NCBI GenBank assembly: GCA_963665275.2
Contig: CAXXIN010000017.1
Span: 96,001-160,000, forward strand
Origin: Negativicutes bacterium
GTDB lineage: Bacteria > Bacillota > Negativicutes > UBA1444
DNA length: 64,000 nucleotides
Reading direction: 5' to 3'
The notes under the pieces are model-generated. The model made no database searches. It was not told the origin of the DNA and saw only the letters and a list, made by a program, of their open reading frames with translations. Positions 47,302 to 56,895 of this stretch are shown here, one piece after another. Each line of letters opens with the position of its first letter. The first letter of the stretch is position 1. Position numbers and translations under genes: made by a program.

Positions 47302-48142
47302 CCGCCTTTTTCTTCAGTACTTTCAGATAGCCCTCCGCATCAAGCAGAAATTCTTGTTCTTCCGCGAAATTCGTCAATTCGATTTCAGCAATCCAGCCTT
47401 GTTCATACGGATTCTGATTGATCAGTTCCGGCGCGTTCAGCACGGGGGTATTCACCGCCGTGATTTTGCCGCTGACCGGACTCACCAGTTCAAAGACCGC
47501 TTTGCCGGATTCGAGCGTTCCGGCTTCGTCGAATTGATCGATGGTCGCGCCTACCGACGGCGGTGTGACGAACATGATGTCCGACAAGCTTTGCTGCATG
47601 AAATCCGTAATGCCGATCCGGGCCCGGTTGCCGACCGGTTGCACCCAGCAATCGTTCTCCGTGAAATAAAAGCCTGTCGGCGGAACACGGAAAATGAACT
47701 TATCTTTCTTGTGGATGATATATTCCTCGGGTACGGGATAGAGCACGCCGGAATCGACGCTGGCATCCTCCGCTTCCGCCTTGACCAGTTCGGCGGCAAG
47801 CTCCGCGCCAAGGGCGAGTTCGGCCGCACCCAGCCGCAATGGCGTAACTGCCAGCGGCGCTCCGCGCTTTTGCGCTTCTTCCGTCACCGTCATTTTGCGG
47901 AAAATCTTCAACCCTTTTTCGCCCGCCAATTTGCTGGCGCAGCGCGTCGCACAGCCGTCAATCACCAATAACGGATTCTCTTTGGCGATTTTATCGTACC
48001 GGGCATCCGACACCCGGTAAAACACCGGGCAAATCAGTTCATTCTCCGTGTTCTCGCAGACGATCTGCGCGATCTCCCGGGCTACCTGACCCGCACATTT
48101 ATCCAGTCCGTTGCAAGGCAATACCGCAAATTTTTCACTCAC
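47276..48142 (-). CDS. DGC domain fused to a glycine-cleavage H-protein (lipoyl) domain
   Basis: N-terminus PCNG...ICP...IDGCATRC. C-terminus IGITDF.Q..L.DI.FV, ESGKA (lipoyl-Lys), SPVSG.I..VN and IN..PY..GWI. Confidence 0.9.
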   Translation of the reverse strand: MSEKFAVLPCNGLDKCAGQVAREIAQIVCENTENELICPVFYRVSDARYDKIAKENPLLVIDGCATRCASKLAGEKGLKIFRKMTVTEEAQKRGAPLAVTPLRLGAAELALGAELAAELVKAEAEDASVDSGVLYPVPEEYIIHKKDKFIFRVPPTGFYFTENDCWVQPVGNRARIGITDFMQQSLSDIMFVTPPSVGATIDQFDEAGTLESGKAVFELVSPVSGKITAVNTPVLNAPELINQNPYEQGWIAEIELTNFAEEQEFLLDAEGYLKVLKKKADEYHANKK

Positions 48143-48428
48143 CGCTCGCCACCCCGCTCCGTGTTTCCTTTATCTTCTTCGTCACTTCGACTTTATTGGG
48201 AAACTCCAGTGCGTCCAGTCCGCAGGTCTTACTGCAGGCCCGGCAGAACACAACGCAGTTGAGGGGATTTTCGACAATCAGCTTGATGGGGTCATCTTCC
48301 TGCTTCTTAAATACTTTGTGGGGACAAAAATCGAAGCACTCCATGCAGTAATTGCACTTTGTATAGTCAATGGTCGGTTTCCAGTCGATGGTATTGCGGG
48401 GTACCCCCATGAAAGTATCTTCGCTCAC
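48135..48428 (-). CDS. 2x[4Fe-4S] ferredoxin-family protein
   Basis: CNYCMEC...CP and CVVFCRAC...C. Confidence 0.88.
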   Translation of the reverse strand: MSEDTFMGVPRNTIDWKPTIDYTKCNYCMECFDFCPHKVFKKQEDDPIKLIVENPLNCVVFCRACSKTCGLDALEFPNKVEVTKKIKETRSGVASGE

Positions 48429-48808
48429 TGCTTAGCCTCCATTTCTTCCAATGCTTTGGAAACTTTTTCAAATGCCTGCTCATTGGTCATATCGCGGATA
48501 TCCAGCGCCACCAAGTCTTTGGTGACATCCAGCCCGGCCGCCTTGAAGGCATCCTTGAACATTTTGATCTGCATGTTTTTGGCGCAGGCCCCGATGACCA
48601 TCGGCCGGTCGGCTTTGAGCATATCCGCCAGGAAGCGGTCGCCGTCCTCTTCACACAGTTGCGGGTGTATGAACCCGTATTCCACCGGCAATTCCACCCG
48701 GACCTGATTGATGAAATCCCAGATATCCATGGCTTTAAAGCCGGGGCACTTGCCTGTGCACACGCACATAATAAAACCGGGTAGTTTTTTTTCTTCTTCG
48801 CCCATCAT
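48425..48808 (-). CDS. Stand-alone protein resembling the N-terminal Cys domain of HdrA
   Basis: CVC...C, LC...G, VIGAC and DIRD spacing, as in the HdrA N-terminal domain. Recognised by eye only. Confidence 0.65.
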   Translation of the reverse strand: MMGEEEKKLPGFIMCVCTGKCPGFKAMDIWDFINQVRVELPVEYGFIHPQLCEEDGDRFLADMLKADRPMVIGACAKNMQIKMFKDAFKAAGLDVTKDLVALDIRDMTNEQAFEKVSKALEEMEAKQ

Positions 48809-48839
48809 TGCATCTCCTCTTACGTAATTTTATATTTTC

Positions 48840-50237
48840 TTACCCTTTATGGATTGACCTGCCGAGCGCGTCGGCACAAGCCTCCATCACTGCTTCGCTC
48901 AGCGTGGGGTGCGGGTGGACCAGGTCGGCGAGTATGTCGGCCTTGAGCCCCAGCGAGACTGCCAGCGTCAATTCCGAAATCAGTTCCGTCGCCTGCGGAC
49001 CCAGGATCTGCGCGCCCAAAATCACATGGGATTCCTTATCCGTCACGACCTTTACCATTCCTTCCCGCTCGCCCATGCACTGAGCCCGGCCATTGGCACG
49101 AAAATCAAAGCGCCCGGTCTTCACTTCGCGGCCCTGCGCGGTCGCCGTTTTTTCATCCATACCGACCGAAGCCAGTTCCGGCTGAAGGTACACACAGGAA
49201 GGAATCGCGTTATAATTCAGGAAAAGGTTCGCGCCCAAGGCATTTTCTATTGCCACCCGGCCTTCCACATAGGCTTTGTGCGCGAGCAGCTTGCCGCCCG
49301 TCACATCACCGGCCGCGTAAATGCCCGGAACTGTCGTTTCCATTTGCTCGTTCACAATCAGCGCTCCCTGCGCGCCGGTAGCTGCGCCCAGTGCAATTAA
49401 TTCGCGGGGCACCGCCGGTTTGCGGCCCACTGCCAGTAGCACACGATCGGCCTCGATCAGGGTTTCCTTCCCCTGGGTCTGAAACAGGACTTTTGCTCCC
49501 GCTCCCTCAGCAACGATTGCGGAAACGGTGCTGGCAATATAAACCTTCACGCCCTGACGTTTCAAAACTTTGAGCACTTCACCGGCAATCTCAGCATCTT
49601 CCTGCGGCAAGATCTGATCCGCCATTTCGATGACGGACACCTTCGTTCCCAGTCCGTTGAACATTTGGGCAAACTCCAGCCCAATAGCGCCGCCGCCAAT
49701 AATAGTCAAACGCTGGGGCACTTCCTCCAGCGACAACATCTCATCACTGGTCAGCACTACCGGCAAATCCAGACCGGGAATATTGGGCCGCACTGGCCCG
49801 GAACCTGTAGCGACCAGGATTTTTTTACAATGAATGACCACTTGGCCTTCCGTTGTTTCAACATGCATCTGTTGGGTATTAATAATAAGGCCCTGGCCTT
49901 TTATGATAGTAATGGCATCCTTGTGCAGCAAATGTTCCACACCCAGGCGCAGACTTTTGACGACCCGGCCTTTGCGGCTATGCCCTGCCGGCCAGTCGAT
50001 CACAGGTGGCGGCCCCACCACGCCGAACTCCTGTCCCTTGCGGGCAAGCGCCGCCAGCTCCACCGTCCGCAGCAATGCCTTGGTAGGAATACAGCCACGA
50101 TTCAGGCACACCCCGCCCAACAAGTCCTGTTCGACGATCGCTGTGCGAGCGCCTAACTGAGCAGCCCGCACGGCAGCCACATATCCGGCAGGTCCGCCGC
50201 CAAGAATGGCAACTTCGACATCAACCTCTCGTTGCAT
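48840..50237 (-). CDS. lpdA: Dihydrolipoyl dehydrogenase
   Basis: GGGPAGY.AA.RAAQLG, GGVCLNRGCIPTK, GGGAIGLE, LAHKA..EG and HPHPTLSE. Confidence 0.95.
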   Translation of the reverse strand: MQREVDVEVAILGGGPAGYVAAVRAAQLGARTAIVEQDLLGGVCLNRGCIPTKALLRTVELAALARKGQEFGVVGPPPVIDWPAGHSRKGRVVKSLRLGVEHLLHKDAITIIKGQGLIINTQQMHVETTEGQVVIHCKKILVATGSGPVRPNIPGLDLPVVLTSDEMLSLEEVPQRLTIIGGGAIGLEFAQMFNGLGTKVSVIEMADQILPQEDAEIAGEVLKVLKRQGVKVYIASTVSAIVAEGAGAKVLFQTQGKETLIEADRVLLAVGRKPAVPRELIALGAATGAQGALIVNEQMETTVPGIYAAGDVTGGKLLAHKAYVEGRVAIENALGANLFLNYNAIPSCVYLQPELASVGMDEKTATAQGREVKTGRFDFRANGRAQCMGEREGMVKVVTDKESHVILGAQILGPQATELISELTLAVSLGLKADILADLVHPHPTLSEAVMEACADALGRSIHKG

Positions 50238-50273
50238 ATTCAATCCACCTCTATTTTTTACACTTGACGATTA

Positions 50274-50338
50274 TGTTGATATATAATTTTATATTTATAT
50301 GTTAACACAATGATAGTACAAAAATTTTTGCCTGTCAA
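50274..50338 (-). promoter_or_regulatory. Promoter of the lpdA operon with downstream inverted-repeat operator
   Basis: TTGACA (50338-50333), 17 bp, TATCAT (50315-50310). Inverted repeat TGTTGATATATAA-N8-TTATATGTTAACA at 50274-50307. Confidence 0.7.
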
Positions 50339-50459
50339 TTTTCTTTTCTTATTCTCGACTCCCCAAATTGAAGAGAAAATAATCCCTGCTGCAATCCGGA
50401 GCTGCAAAGCATAAGGAGTTGTCTGCTGTATTCCTTCTCCGTAAGCGTACCGCAATATA

Positions 50460-50495
50460 AAAACACCTTGCGGCAAAAGTTGTGCAAGGTGTTTT
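50460..50495 (-). terminator. Terminator after the MFS gene
   Basis: AAAACACCTTGC...GCAAGGTGTTTT. Confidence 0.7.
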
Positions 50496-50590
50496 GGCTA
50501 TGTGCAGCTATCGTCCGGCATTGGAGCCCTCCGGACCCAGCACACATATTCTCAAGACCGCAGGCCATGAGCATCGCATTTTAAAAACTT

Positions 50591-51778
50591 TCACTCATTC
50601 TTCCGAGCACTGTTTTGGAAAATATAAAAGCACCCCAGCGCGATGGTTTGAGCGACGACAATAAAGCCGAATACAAAAGTCAGGTTAAAGTCGTACAAAT
50701 ACCCCACCGCCGTACTGCCGAGGAACCATGCAACACCATAAATCGTGTTAAAGATCCCGTAAGCCCTTCCCCTGGCCGAGATAGCCGTCATGTCTGCAAT
50801 CGCAGCCCGCATGATCGTCTCGTGAATCCCCATAACCGCACCCCACAAAACTACCGCCGTTATCGCCAGCGCATAGCTCTCGGAGAATCCGAAAAAAGGA
50901 ATGGGAAGGCTGAGGAAAGGAATTGCGAGTAAAACTCTCATGCCTTTCTTATCGTACAATTTTCCCACAAACAGCGCCACCCCTGCGTCCACTCCCATAG
51001 AGAGGGCATACAGTGTCGGAATAAGAGCTTCAGGCAAGACGTCTTTCACCTGCAAATGATACGAGATCAGTTGAAAGCTGGCAAAGCCCAACACGCAGAA
51101 AAATGAAAAAACAGAGTATCGCCAAAAACTTCGCGATAACGGTTGCGGCCCCAATGCAGAGTCTTCTTTGTGCAGGGTAACGCGCTCTTCCAGCTGGGCT
51201 GGATCAGGATACTTCAAACTGGTAAAGATCACGACCGCCACCGTCAAGAGAGCAGGCACCCACATCATTTGAAATCCAAGTGCATAGCCGCCATGCAAGG
51301 CTAAGCCTGCGGTAAACAACAATGGGCCGATAAATGCGCCGATTTGGTCCATCGCTTCGTGCAAGCCGAACCCGAACCCGGTCCCCACTTGCTTCGTCGC
51401 ATGGGACAACAAGGCATCCTTGGCCGGGCTGCGGATCGCCTTGCCGATTCGTTCCAGCATAATAAACACGACGGCTATCTTCCAATCGCCCGCTATCGCC
51501 AACAGCGGCACGGAAACCAGCAGACCATATCCCAGAATAGTTACCGGCCAGTAAAGCTTCGTCCGATCGACAAAATATCCCGACACCAGCCGCAGCGCAT
51601 AGCCCAAAAACTCGCCGATACCGGTCACCAAACCCACCGTAGCTGCACTCGCACCCAAAAAACCGAGATAAGGCCCGTAGATACTGCGAGCGCCCTCGTA
51701 GGTAATGTCTCCGAATGCACTGACCAAGCCAAAAAGCAAGATAAACTGCATGGCTTGCTTCTTTTTGTCCGTTTTCAT
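50591..51778 (-). CDS. MFS transporter
   Basis: 12-TM pattern; YEGARS, ER.GKAIRSP, GKLYDKKG and RGRAYG. Confidence 0.9.
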   Translation of the reverse strand: MKTDKKKQAMQFILLFGLVSAFGDITYEGARSIYGPYLGFLGASAATVGLVTGIGEFLGYALRLVSGYFVDRTKLYWPVTILGYGLLVSVPLLAIAGDWKIAVVFIMLERIGKAIRSPAKDALLSHATKQVGTGFGFGLHEAMDQIGAFIGPLLFTAGLALHGGYALGFQMMWVPALLTVAVVIFTSLKYPDPAQLEERVTLHKEDSALGPQPLSRSFWRYSVFSFFCVLGFASFQLISYHLQVKDVLPEALIPTLYALSMGVDAGVALFVGKLYDKKGMRVLLAIPFLSLPIPFFGFSESYALAITAVVLWGAVMGIHETIMRAAIADMTAISARGRAYGIFNTIYGVAWFLGSTAVGYLYDFNLTFVFGFIVVAQTIALGCFYIFQNSARKNE

Positions 51779-51810
51779 TATGCGGCCCCTACTTTCATGA
51801 ATGGTTGCAA

Positions 51811-52062
51811 CTATTTCTTCGCGATTGCCTTCTCCAGCCAGTCATGAACTTCCGAAGCAGCCGGGATGCGGCCGGAGGAAACCACTTCTTCATTGATGAC
51901 CAGAGCTGGCGTGGTCAATACATTGTAGTTCATAATGTCGGCATAATCCATCACCTTGATGACTTGAGCTTCCAGGCCCATTTCCTCGGATACTTTGCGC
52001 GCAATGCCCTCAAGCCGCTTGCAGTTGGCGCAGCCTGAACCCAGAATTTTAATGGTGACCAT
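51811..52062 (-). CDS. Small thioredoxin-like protein (MTH895/ArsE-like)
   Basis: IKILGSGCANC, TPALVIN and GRIP. Confidence 0.9.
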   Translation of the reverse strand: MVTIKILGSGCANCKRLEGIARKVSEEMGLEAQVIKVMDYADIMNYNVLTTPALVINEEVVSSGRIPAASEVHDWLEKAIAKK

Positions 52063-52102
52063 TCTTCTCCCCTCCCCTCGTATTGATGGAAAAGTTTGGC
52101 GC

Positions 52103-53548
52103 CTATGCCACGTTTCGCTTGCTAGCTCTCCACAGTCCGATAAAAAGGGTCGCAAGAAAAACAACCAGATAAAGCATAATCACAGTAAGGCTGGCGCCAT
52201 CGATCCACATGCCGTAGAGCAGTCCAGAAAGAGCGCTGAAAATTGCGACGCATACCACATAGGTCGCGGTTTTGGCACGACCGATAATGGCCGCGGTAAT
52301 GAGCATGCTTTGCAGACTCAGCTCGGGATCCGCCATGAGGTAGGCAAGCAGCGGCCCCCTATGCATACCCAGATCGAGGAACATCTTGGCGATGGGGACT
52401 TCCACCAGGGTCGGAAAATACATGAATATCCCGAACAATACGCCAGCCAGGTTCCCAGTCAGAGAGTTGTCGCCAGCAATGGCTTCAATCCATTCCGGTC
52501 TGATTATCTGCCTGATGACCCCCACGACAAAAACGCCGACAATCAACAGCGGGAAAATCTGTTTGACGAATTTCCAAGACTCCCAGAGAAAGCTGCAAGT
52601 CTCATCTTCCGTAAACTTTGTTACGAGCAACCCGTAAATTGCAGCCAACGACAAGGCCACGCCTATGAACTTGCCATTGACAAGAATGTCGAGGCCGCCG
52701 GCATGCGGCGTCATGCCCACCGCCGCACACAGAAAGGTTATCGCCACTAGCGTTAAAGAAATCACCGACCAGCGGTTCAACCCGTCAAAAACATTTTCTA
52801 GACCTTTCCAGGCCGTCCAACCGATAAGCGCCAACAGGACAATCAGGATAGCACCTTGCGCAGAAACTCCCTCTTCCCCTTTTGCCGGATCAAAGGGTAC
52901 CAGTCGGAGCAAGGATTCCTGCACTGTATCCATGCCGGCAACCGGCAACGTGATCGTTGCATACGTGTTGGTGAGCAGACCGATTTTCAGCGTACCTGAA
53001 AGGAGCAATGCAACCAGCAGGGCGATCAGGGCGAAAGCCGAGCGCTTCATTTCCTGATTGCCGGCAAACAGCGCATCTGCGGCTGCATCATGGGCCGTAT
53101 CTTCTTTGCTGAAAACCAGCGCCATGATCATCCCGATACCGATCCCGAATACCAGGGAAAGAAAAAATCTGGCAAAAGCCAGATCAGCGCCGATCAATCC
53201 GCCGGTGTAAATTAACGCGAGAATATTGGCGGCTGGCGCAAAGAACAAAAATGTGATCGCAGGGCCGATGCCCGCGCCTTTCTTATATATTCCGGCAAAC
53301 AGGGGGACAATCGTACAGGAACACACGGCAAGCAATGAGCCTGATGCAGCTGCGGCAGGATAGGAAATATATTTCGGCCGGTTCCGCCCCAGAAACCGGG
53401 TTACCGATTCTTTGGGGATGAGCGCGGTCATTGCGCCGGCAATAAAGAATGCCGGCAACAAGCACAATAGTACGTGCGCCGCAAGATAGGCCGCCAAATT
53501 TCCCAAACCGCTGTTGAGGAGGCTTACGAAGTTATATGTTGTTTCCAT
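52103..53548 (-). CDS. ArsP/DUF318-family permease
   Basis: HVLLCLLPAFFIAG, AVCSCTIVP, MYFPTLVEVP and PELSL. Confidence 0.88.
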   Translation of the reverse strand: METTYNFVSLLNSGLGNLAAYLAAHVLLCLLPAFFIAGAMTALIPKESVTRFLGRNRPKYISYPAAAASGSLLAVCSCTIVPLFAGIYKKGAGIGPAITFLFFAPAANILALIYTGGLIGADLAFARFFLSLVFGIGIGMIMALVFSKEDTAHDAAADALFAGNQEMKRSAFALIALLVALLLSGTLKIGLLTNTYATITLPVAGMDTVQESLLRLVPFDPAKGEEGVSAQGAILIVLLALIGWTAWKGLENVFDGLNRWSVISLTLVAITFLCAAVGMTPHAGGLDILVNGKFIGVALSLAAIYGLLVTKFTEDETCSFLWESWKFVKQIFPLLIVGVFVVGVIRQIIRPEWIEAIAGDNSLTGNLAGVLFGIFMYFPTLVEVPIAKMFLDLGMHRGPLLAYLMADPELSLQSMLITAAIIGRAKTATYVVCVAIFSALSGLLYGMWIDGASLTVIMLYLVVFLATLFIGLWRASKRNVA

Positions 53549-53900
53549 GCTGCACCCCCTGAAGCCCTGCGCAGATCAAACAACTCCCTGAAGTGTGGTG
53601 AAGAAAAACCAACGCCTATTATAATTTTATATCAAACTCTTTTTCCCGCCATTATCAACCCCTAATCACAAAATCCAATAATTTTACCGAAAAACTAGCT
53701 GCTTTGTATAAGACGGAGAATCAAACGCAAGTGAGACGTTGAAGCGATCCTCCCTTTTTGCAAGCAGTTTCCCGTTTTAACCATACAAAAAGATGTTCAT
53801 GCCACACCAGCCCGAAGGACGGTTTCAGGCAAAAAGAAGGAACTGCCTCATTTGTTAGTGCGACAGCCCCTTATGACATCCATATAATGCTTAGATAATG

Positions 53901-54923
53901 TTATTTCGCAGACTTGGCTATAGCTTCCAACTCAGCCTTGTATTCAACGCCATATTTTTCAACGACACTCTTGACCGCTGCTTTCCACGGCGCAACGTCT
54001 TTTACTTCCGTTACGATTACTCCGCCCTGGATCAGTTTTGCCAAGGCATCTTTCTCAAATTTATCCCAGGCCTCTTTCTGGAACTTCACGGAATCCTGGG
54101 CTGCCTGCTGGATGATCTTCCGATCTTCATTCGACAGTTTGTCCCAGGTTACTTTGCTCACCATCAGCACTTCAGGCACACGTTGATGACCATCGAGGAT
54201 ATAGTTTTTTACTGCCTGATGATGGCTCGCTGTCAGATAGCTCGGGGGGTTATTTTCCGCTCCGTCGATAACGCCTGTCTGAAGAGCGCTGAACACTTCG
54301 CCGTAAGGCATGGGGGTTGCGCTGGCGTCAAAGGCTTTCATCAGTTCAATATTGATGGCGTTTTGAATAACACGGATTTTAAGACCTTTTAGGTCCTCCG
54401 GACTTTTAACCGGTTTCTTGGTGTAGAAGCTACGGGAACCGGAAGCATAATAAGCCAGTCCCATCATCCTTGATTTTTCCAGGTTGGTCAACATACCTTT
54501 GCCATAATCGCTGTCAAGGAATCGCCAAACATGATCATTGTCATTGAAGACATATGGCAGGGAAAAAACGCCGAACTGTTTGTTAAATTCAGCCAAAGTT
54601 CCGGAGCTGATCCGCGTGAACTCGATGGACCCTAGTTGAACCTGCTGAATGACCGAATTTTCGTCGCCGAGCGAACCTGAATCAAACACTTTGACCTGAA
54701 TCCGGCCCTGCGTTCTTTCATTCAAAAGTTCGGCGAATTTCTTGTCGCCCAGGGTAGTGGGATAATCCGCCGGATGAGCTTCAGCCAGCCGAAAATTTAA
54801 TTTGGGTTTTTGTGGTGCATTCCCAGCCGCCGGAGTCGCCTCTTTTTTGCCGCAACCAGTGATAAGAACTGTCAGTGCCAGAATTGCCGTGAAACAAACG
54901 ACCAGCCACTTTTGATTTTTCAT
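53901..54923 (-). CDS. dctP: TRAP transporter substrate-binding protein (lipoprotein)
   Basis: Lipobox LITGC, DLKGLKIR and GEVFSALQTGVIDGAEN. Confidence 0.93.
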   Translation of the reverse strand: MKNQKWLVVCFTAILALTVLITGCGKKEATPAAGNAPQKPKLNFRLAEAHPADYPTTLGDKKFAELLNERTQGRIQVKVFDSGSLGDENSVIQQVQLGSIEFTRISSGTLAEFNKQFGVFSLPYVFNDNDHVWRFLDSDYGKGMLTNLEKSRMMGLAYYASGSRSFYTKKPVKSPEDLKGLKIRVIQNAINIELMKAFDASATPMPYGEVFSALQTGVIDGAENNPPSYLTASHHQAVKNYILDGHQRVPEVLMVSKVTWDKLSNEDRKIIQQAAQDSVKFQKEAWDKFEKDALAKLIQGGVIVTEVKDVAPWKAAVKSVVEKYGVEYKAELEAIAKSAK

Positions 54924-55037
54924 TTCATTTCCCCCTTACTCCTTTTCCGTAATCGCAGTATGAAATCGCAACCCTAATCCAATATATTTTTTCTTGTCGC
55001 CTCCCCCACTCGCAAATCCATCCACAAACTGATTTTG

Positions 55038-56330
55038 TTAAGGAAACATAGAGGGCAACCAAAGCACCGTTGCAGGCACGTAGGTTATCAATGCCAACAC
55101 TACAAGCATGGCGTAGAAAAACGGCATCATGGCTTTTGTCCCCTGCGAAATCGAAATATTACCAATCGCGCAGCCGATAAACAGCACTGTACCAACCGGT
55201 GGGGTAAGCAGTCCCATACCGGCGTTAAAAATAAGCACCAGTCCAAAATGAATAGGGTCCATTCCAATCGCTAGGCATACTGGCAGCAAGACTGGCGTGA
55301 GAATCAGGATCATCGGCGCCATATCCATCGGCCCGCCCAGGATCAGGAGCAAGACATTGATGAGGAGCAGGATCACGTACGGATTGTTGGAAACACCCAA
55401 AAACCATTCCGTGATCATCTCCGGCACGCTCAGAAAGGCCATGACATAGCCAAATGCGGCCGAAGCCGAAATCAGGAAATATACCATCATAACCGTACGT
55501 AGCGTTCGTTTGAGCACATTCCACATTCGGGACAGAGGTACTTCCCGGTATACACCGAAGGCGAGAATAAATGAGTACACCACTGCCAGAGCCCCCGACT
55601 CGGTAGCAGTAAATGTGCCGGAAATAATGCCGCCCAAAATAATGAAGGCCGGCGAGATGGAGAGTAATCCATGGAAAATAATACCGGGGCGCTGCGAACT
55701 TGGCACCGGTTCACTGGCTGGATATCCACGTTTGATAGCCATCAGGTACGCAACTGTCATTAGGGAGCCCAGCAACAAAAAACCCGGAACAATTCCGGCC
55801 AGAAACAGGCTCTTGATGGACAGGCCGCCAGCCACAATGGAGTACAGCACCAGATTATGACTGGGCGGAACAACAACGCCCTGGATGGCTGACGAGATTG
55901 TCAGCCCCACCGCATAATCAGCGTCGTAGCCTTTTTTCACCATCGCCGGGATCATGACCGAACCGACCGATGCGGCATCCGCGCCTGCGGAACCGGAAAT
56001 ATTGCCGAAAAACATACAGGCAATACAATTAACCAGTGCCAGACCGCCCCTGATCCGACCCACAATGAGACTCGCTAGGTCAACCAATCGCTGTGCCAGG
56101 CCGCCTTCACCCATAATTTGTCCGGTCAGAATAAAAAATGGAATCGCCAATAGAGAAAAAGTGCGAACACCATTGATCATTTGCTGACCGATGGTCGGTA
56201 GCGGCACATCAAGATAAACCATTGTCAGCAGGGAGGATGCAAACAGAGCCTGCGCTACCGGCAGCCGCAACAACGTAAATACCAGAAAACTGATCCCTAA
56301 TAACCATACCGCTATGTCATTTGCTTCCAT
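55038..56330 (-). CDS. dctM: TRAP transporter large permease
   Basis: LLAIPFFIL.G, ISGS..AD, PPS and TPPVG. Confidence 0.93.
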   Translation of the reverse strand: MEANDIAVWLLGISFLVFTLLRLPVAQALFASSLLTMVYLDVPLPTIGQQMINGVRTFSLLAIPFFILTGQIMGEGGLAQRLVDLASLIVGRIRGGLALVNCIACMFFGNISGSAGADAASVGSVMIPAMVKKGYDADYAVGLTISSAIQGVVVPPSHNLVLYSIVAGGLSIKSLFLAGIVPGFLLLGSLMTVAYLMAIKRGYPASEPVPSSQRPGIIFHGLLSISPAFIILGGIISGTFTATESGALAVVYSFILAFGVYREVPLSRMWNVLKRTLRTVMMVYFLISASAAFGYVMAFLSVPEMITEWFLGVSNNPYVILLLINVLLLILGGPMDMAPMILILTPVLLPVCLAIGMDPIHFGLVLIFNAGMGLLTPPVGTVLFIGCAIGNISISQGTKAMMPFFYAMLVVLALITYVPATVLWLPSMFP

Positions 56331-56850
56331 CGCTTTTTTCCTCCAACTCCGCGCCTACTTCAATATCCGCTCCCTTATGGCGTCTCGTGTCAATCCCCAT
56401 CATCTGCAGAATGGAGTATGCGCAGACCATAACCCCGCTGACCGGCATCACCAGATAGACGACACTATTGGGCAACTTGGTGGCCGGCAATGTGGATTCA
56501 AACATGAGCACTGTAAATTCCCAGCCGTAAACAACAAAATAGAGCCCATAAATCAGGCCCATGATATCAATCCATTTATTAATCCAGCCATTTACACGGG
56601 GAGAAAAATGTTCAGTCAAAGCATCCACGCCCATATGCACGCCTTCGCGGAAACCGATGGCAATACTCATGAAAGCAAACCATACCAAACAAAGCAGAAT
56701 ACCTTCTTCCGACCAAAAAAAGACAAAATTAAATATTTTTCGCGTCACAACTTGCAGTGTCATGACCAAAATAACACCCAGCAACGCAAATATTGCACAA
56801 GTCTCAAACAGCGTATCCACTTTTAGAGCCAGCTTCTTTAATTCGTCCAA
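56317..56850 (-). CDS. dctQ: TRAP transporter small permease
   Basis: QV.TR, WSEE and H..VD; 4 TM. Confidence 0.92.
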   Translation of the reverse strand: MDELKKLALKVDTLFETCAIFALLGVILVMTLQVVTRKIFNFVFFWSEEGILLCLVWFAFMSIAIGFREGVHMGVDALTEHFSPRVNGWINKWIDIMGLIYGLYFVVYGWEFTVLMFESTLPATKLPNSVVYLVMPVSGVMVCAYSILQMMGIDTRRHKGADIEVGAELEEKSDGSK

Positions 56851-56895
56851 TGCATCTGCCTCCCTTTCTGCAACCGCAAATCAGAATATCAACCT

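Noticed and set aside
46461-50243. Calling the lpdA/GcvH operon a glycine cleavage system
   Set aside because: No P or T protein genes are present, and the H domain is fused to a DGC domain.
50335-50574. 79-aa Cys-containing ORF between the MFS gene and lpdA
   Set aside because: It has no SD and runs through a terminator hairpin into the lpdA -35 box.
53525-53651. Minus-strand MAGKRV-TGA-YKII... as another hidden selenoprotein
   Set aside because: It has no recognisable motif, overlaps the likely permease promoter and start, and shows no convincing hairpin.
53830-53872. Hairpin resembling 43220-43250 as a MITE or REP family
   Set aside because: There are only two loosely similar copies, both at gene 3' ends, so terminators explain them adequately.
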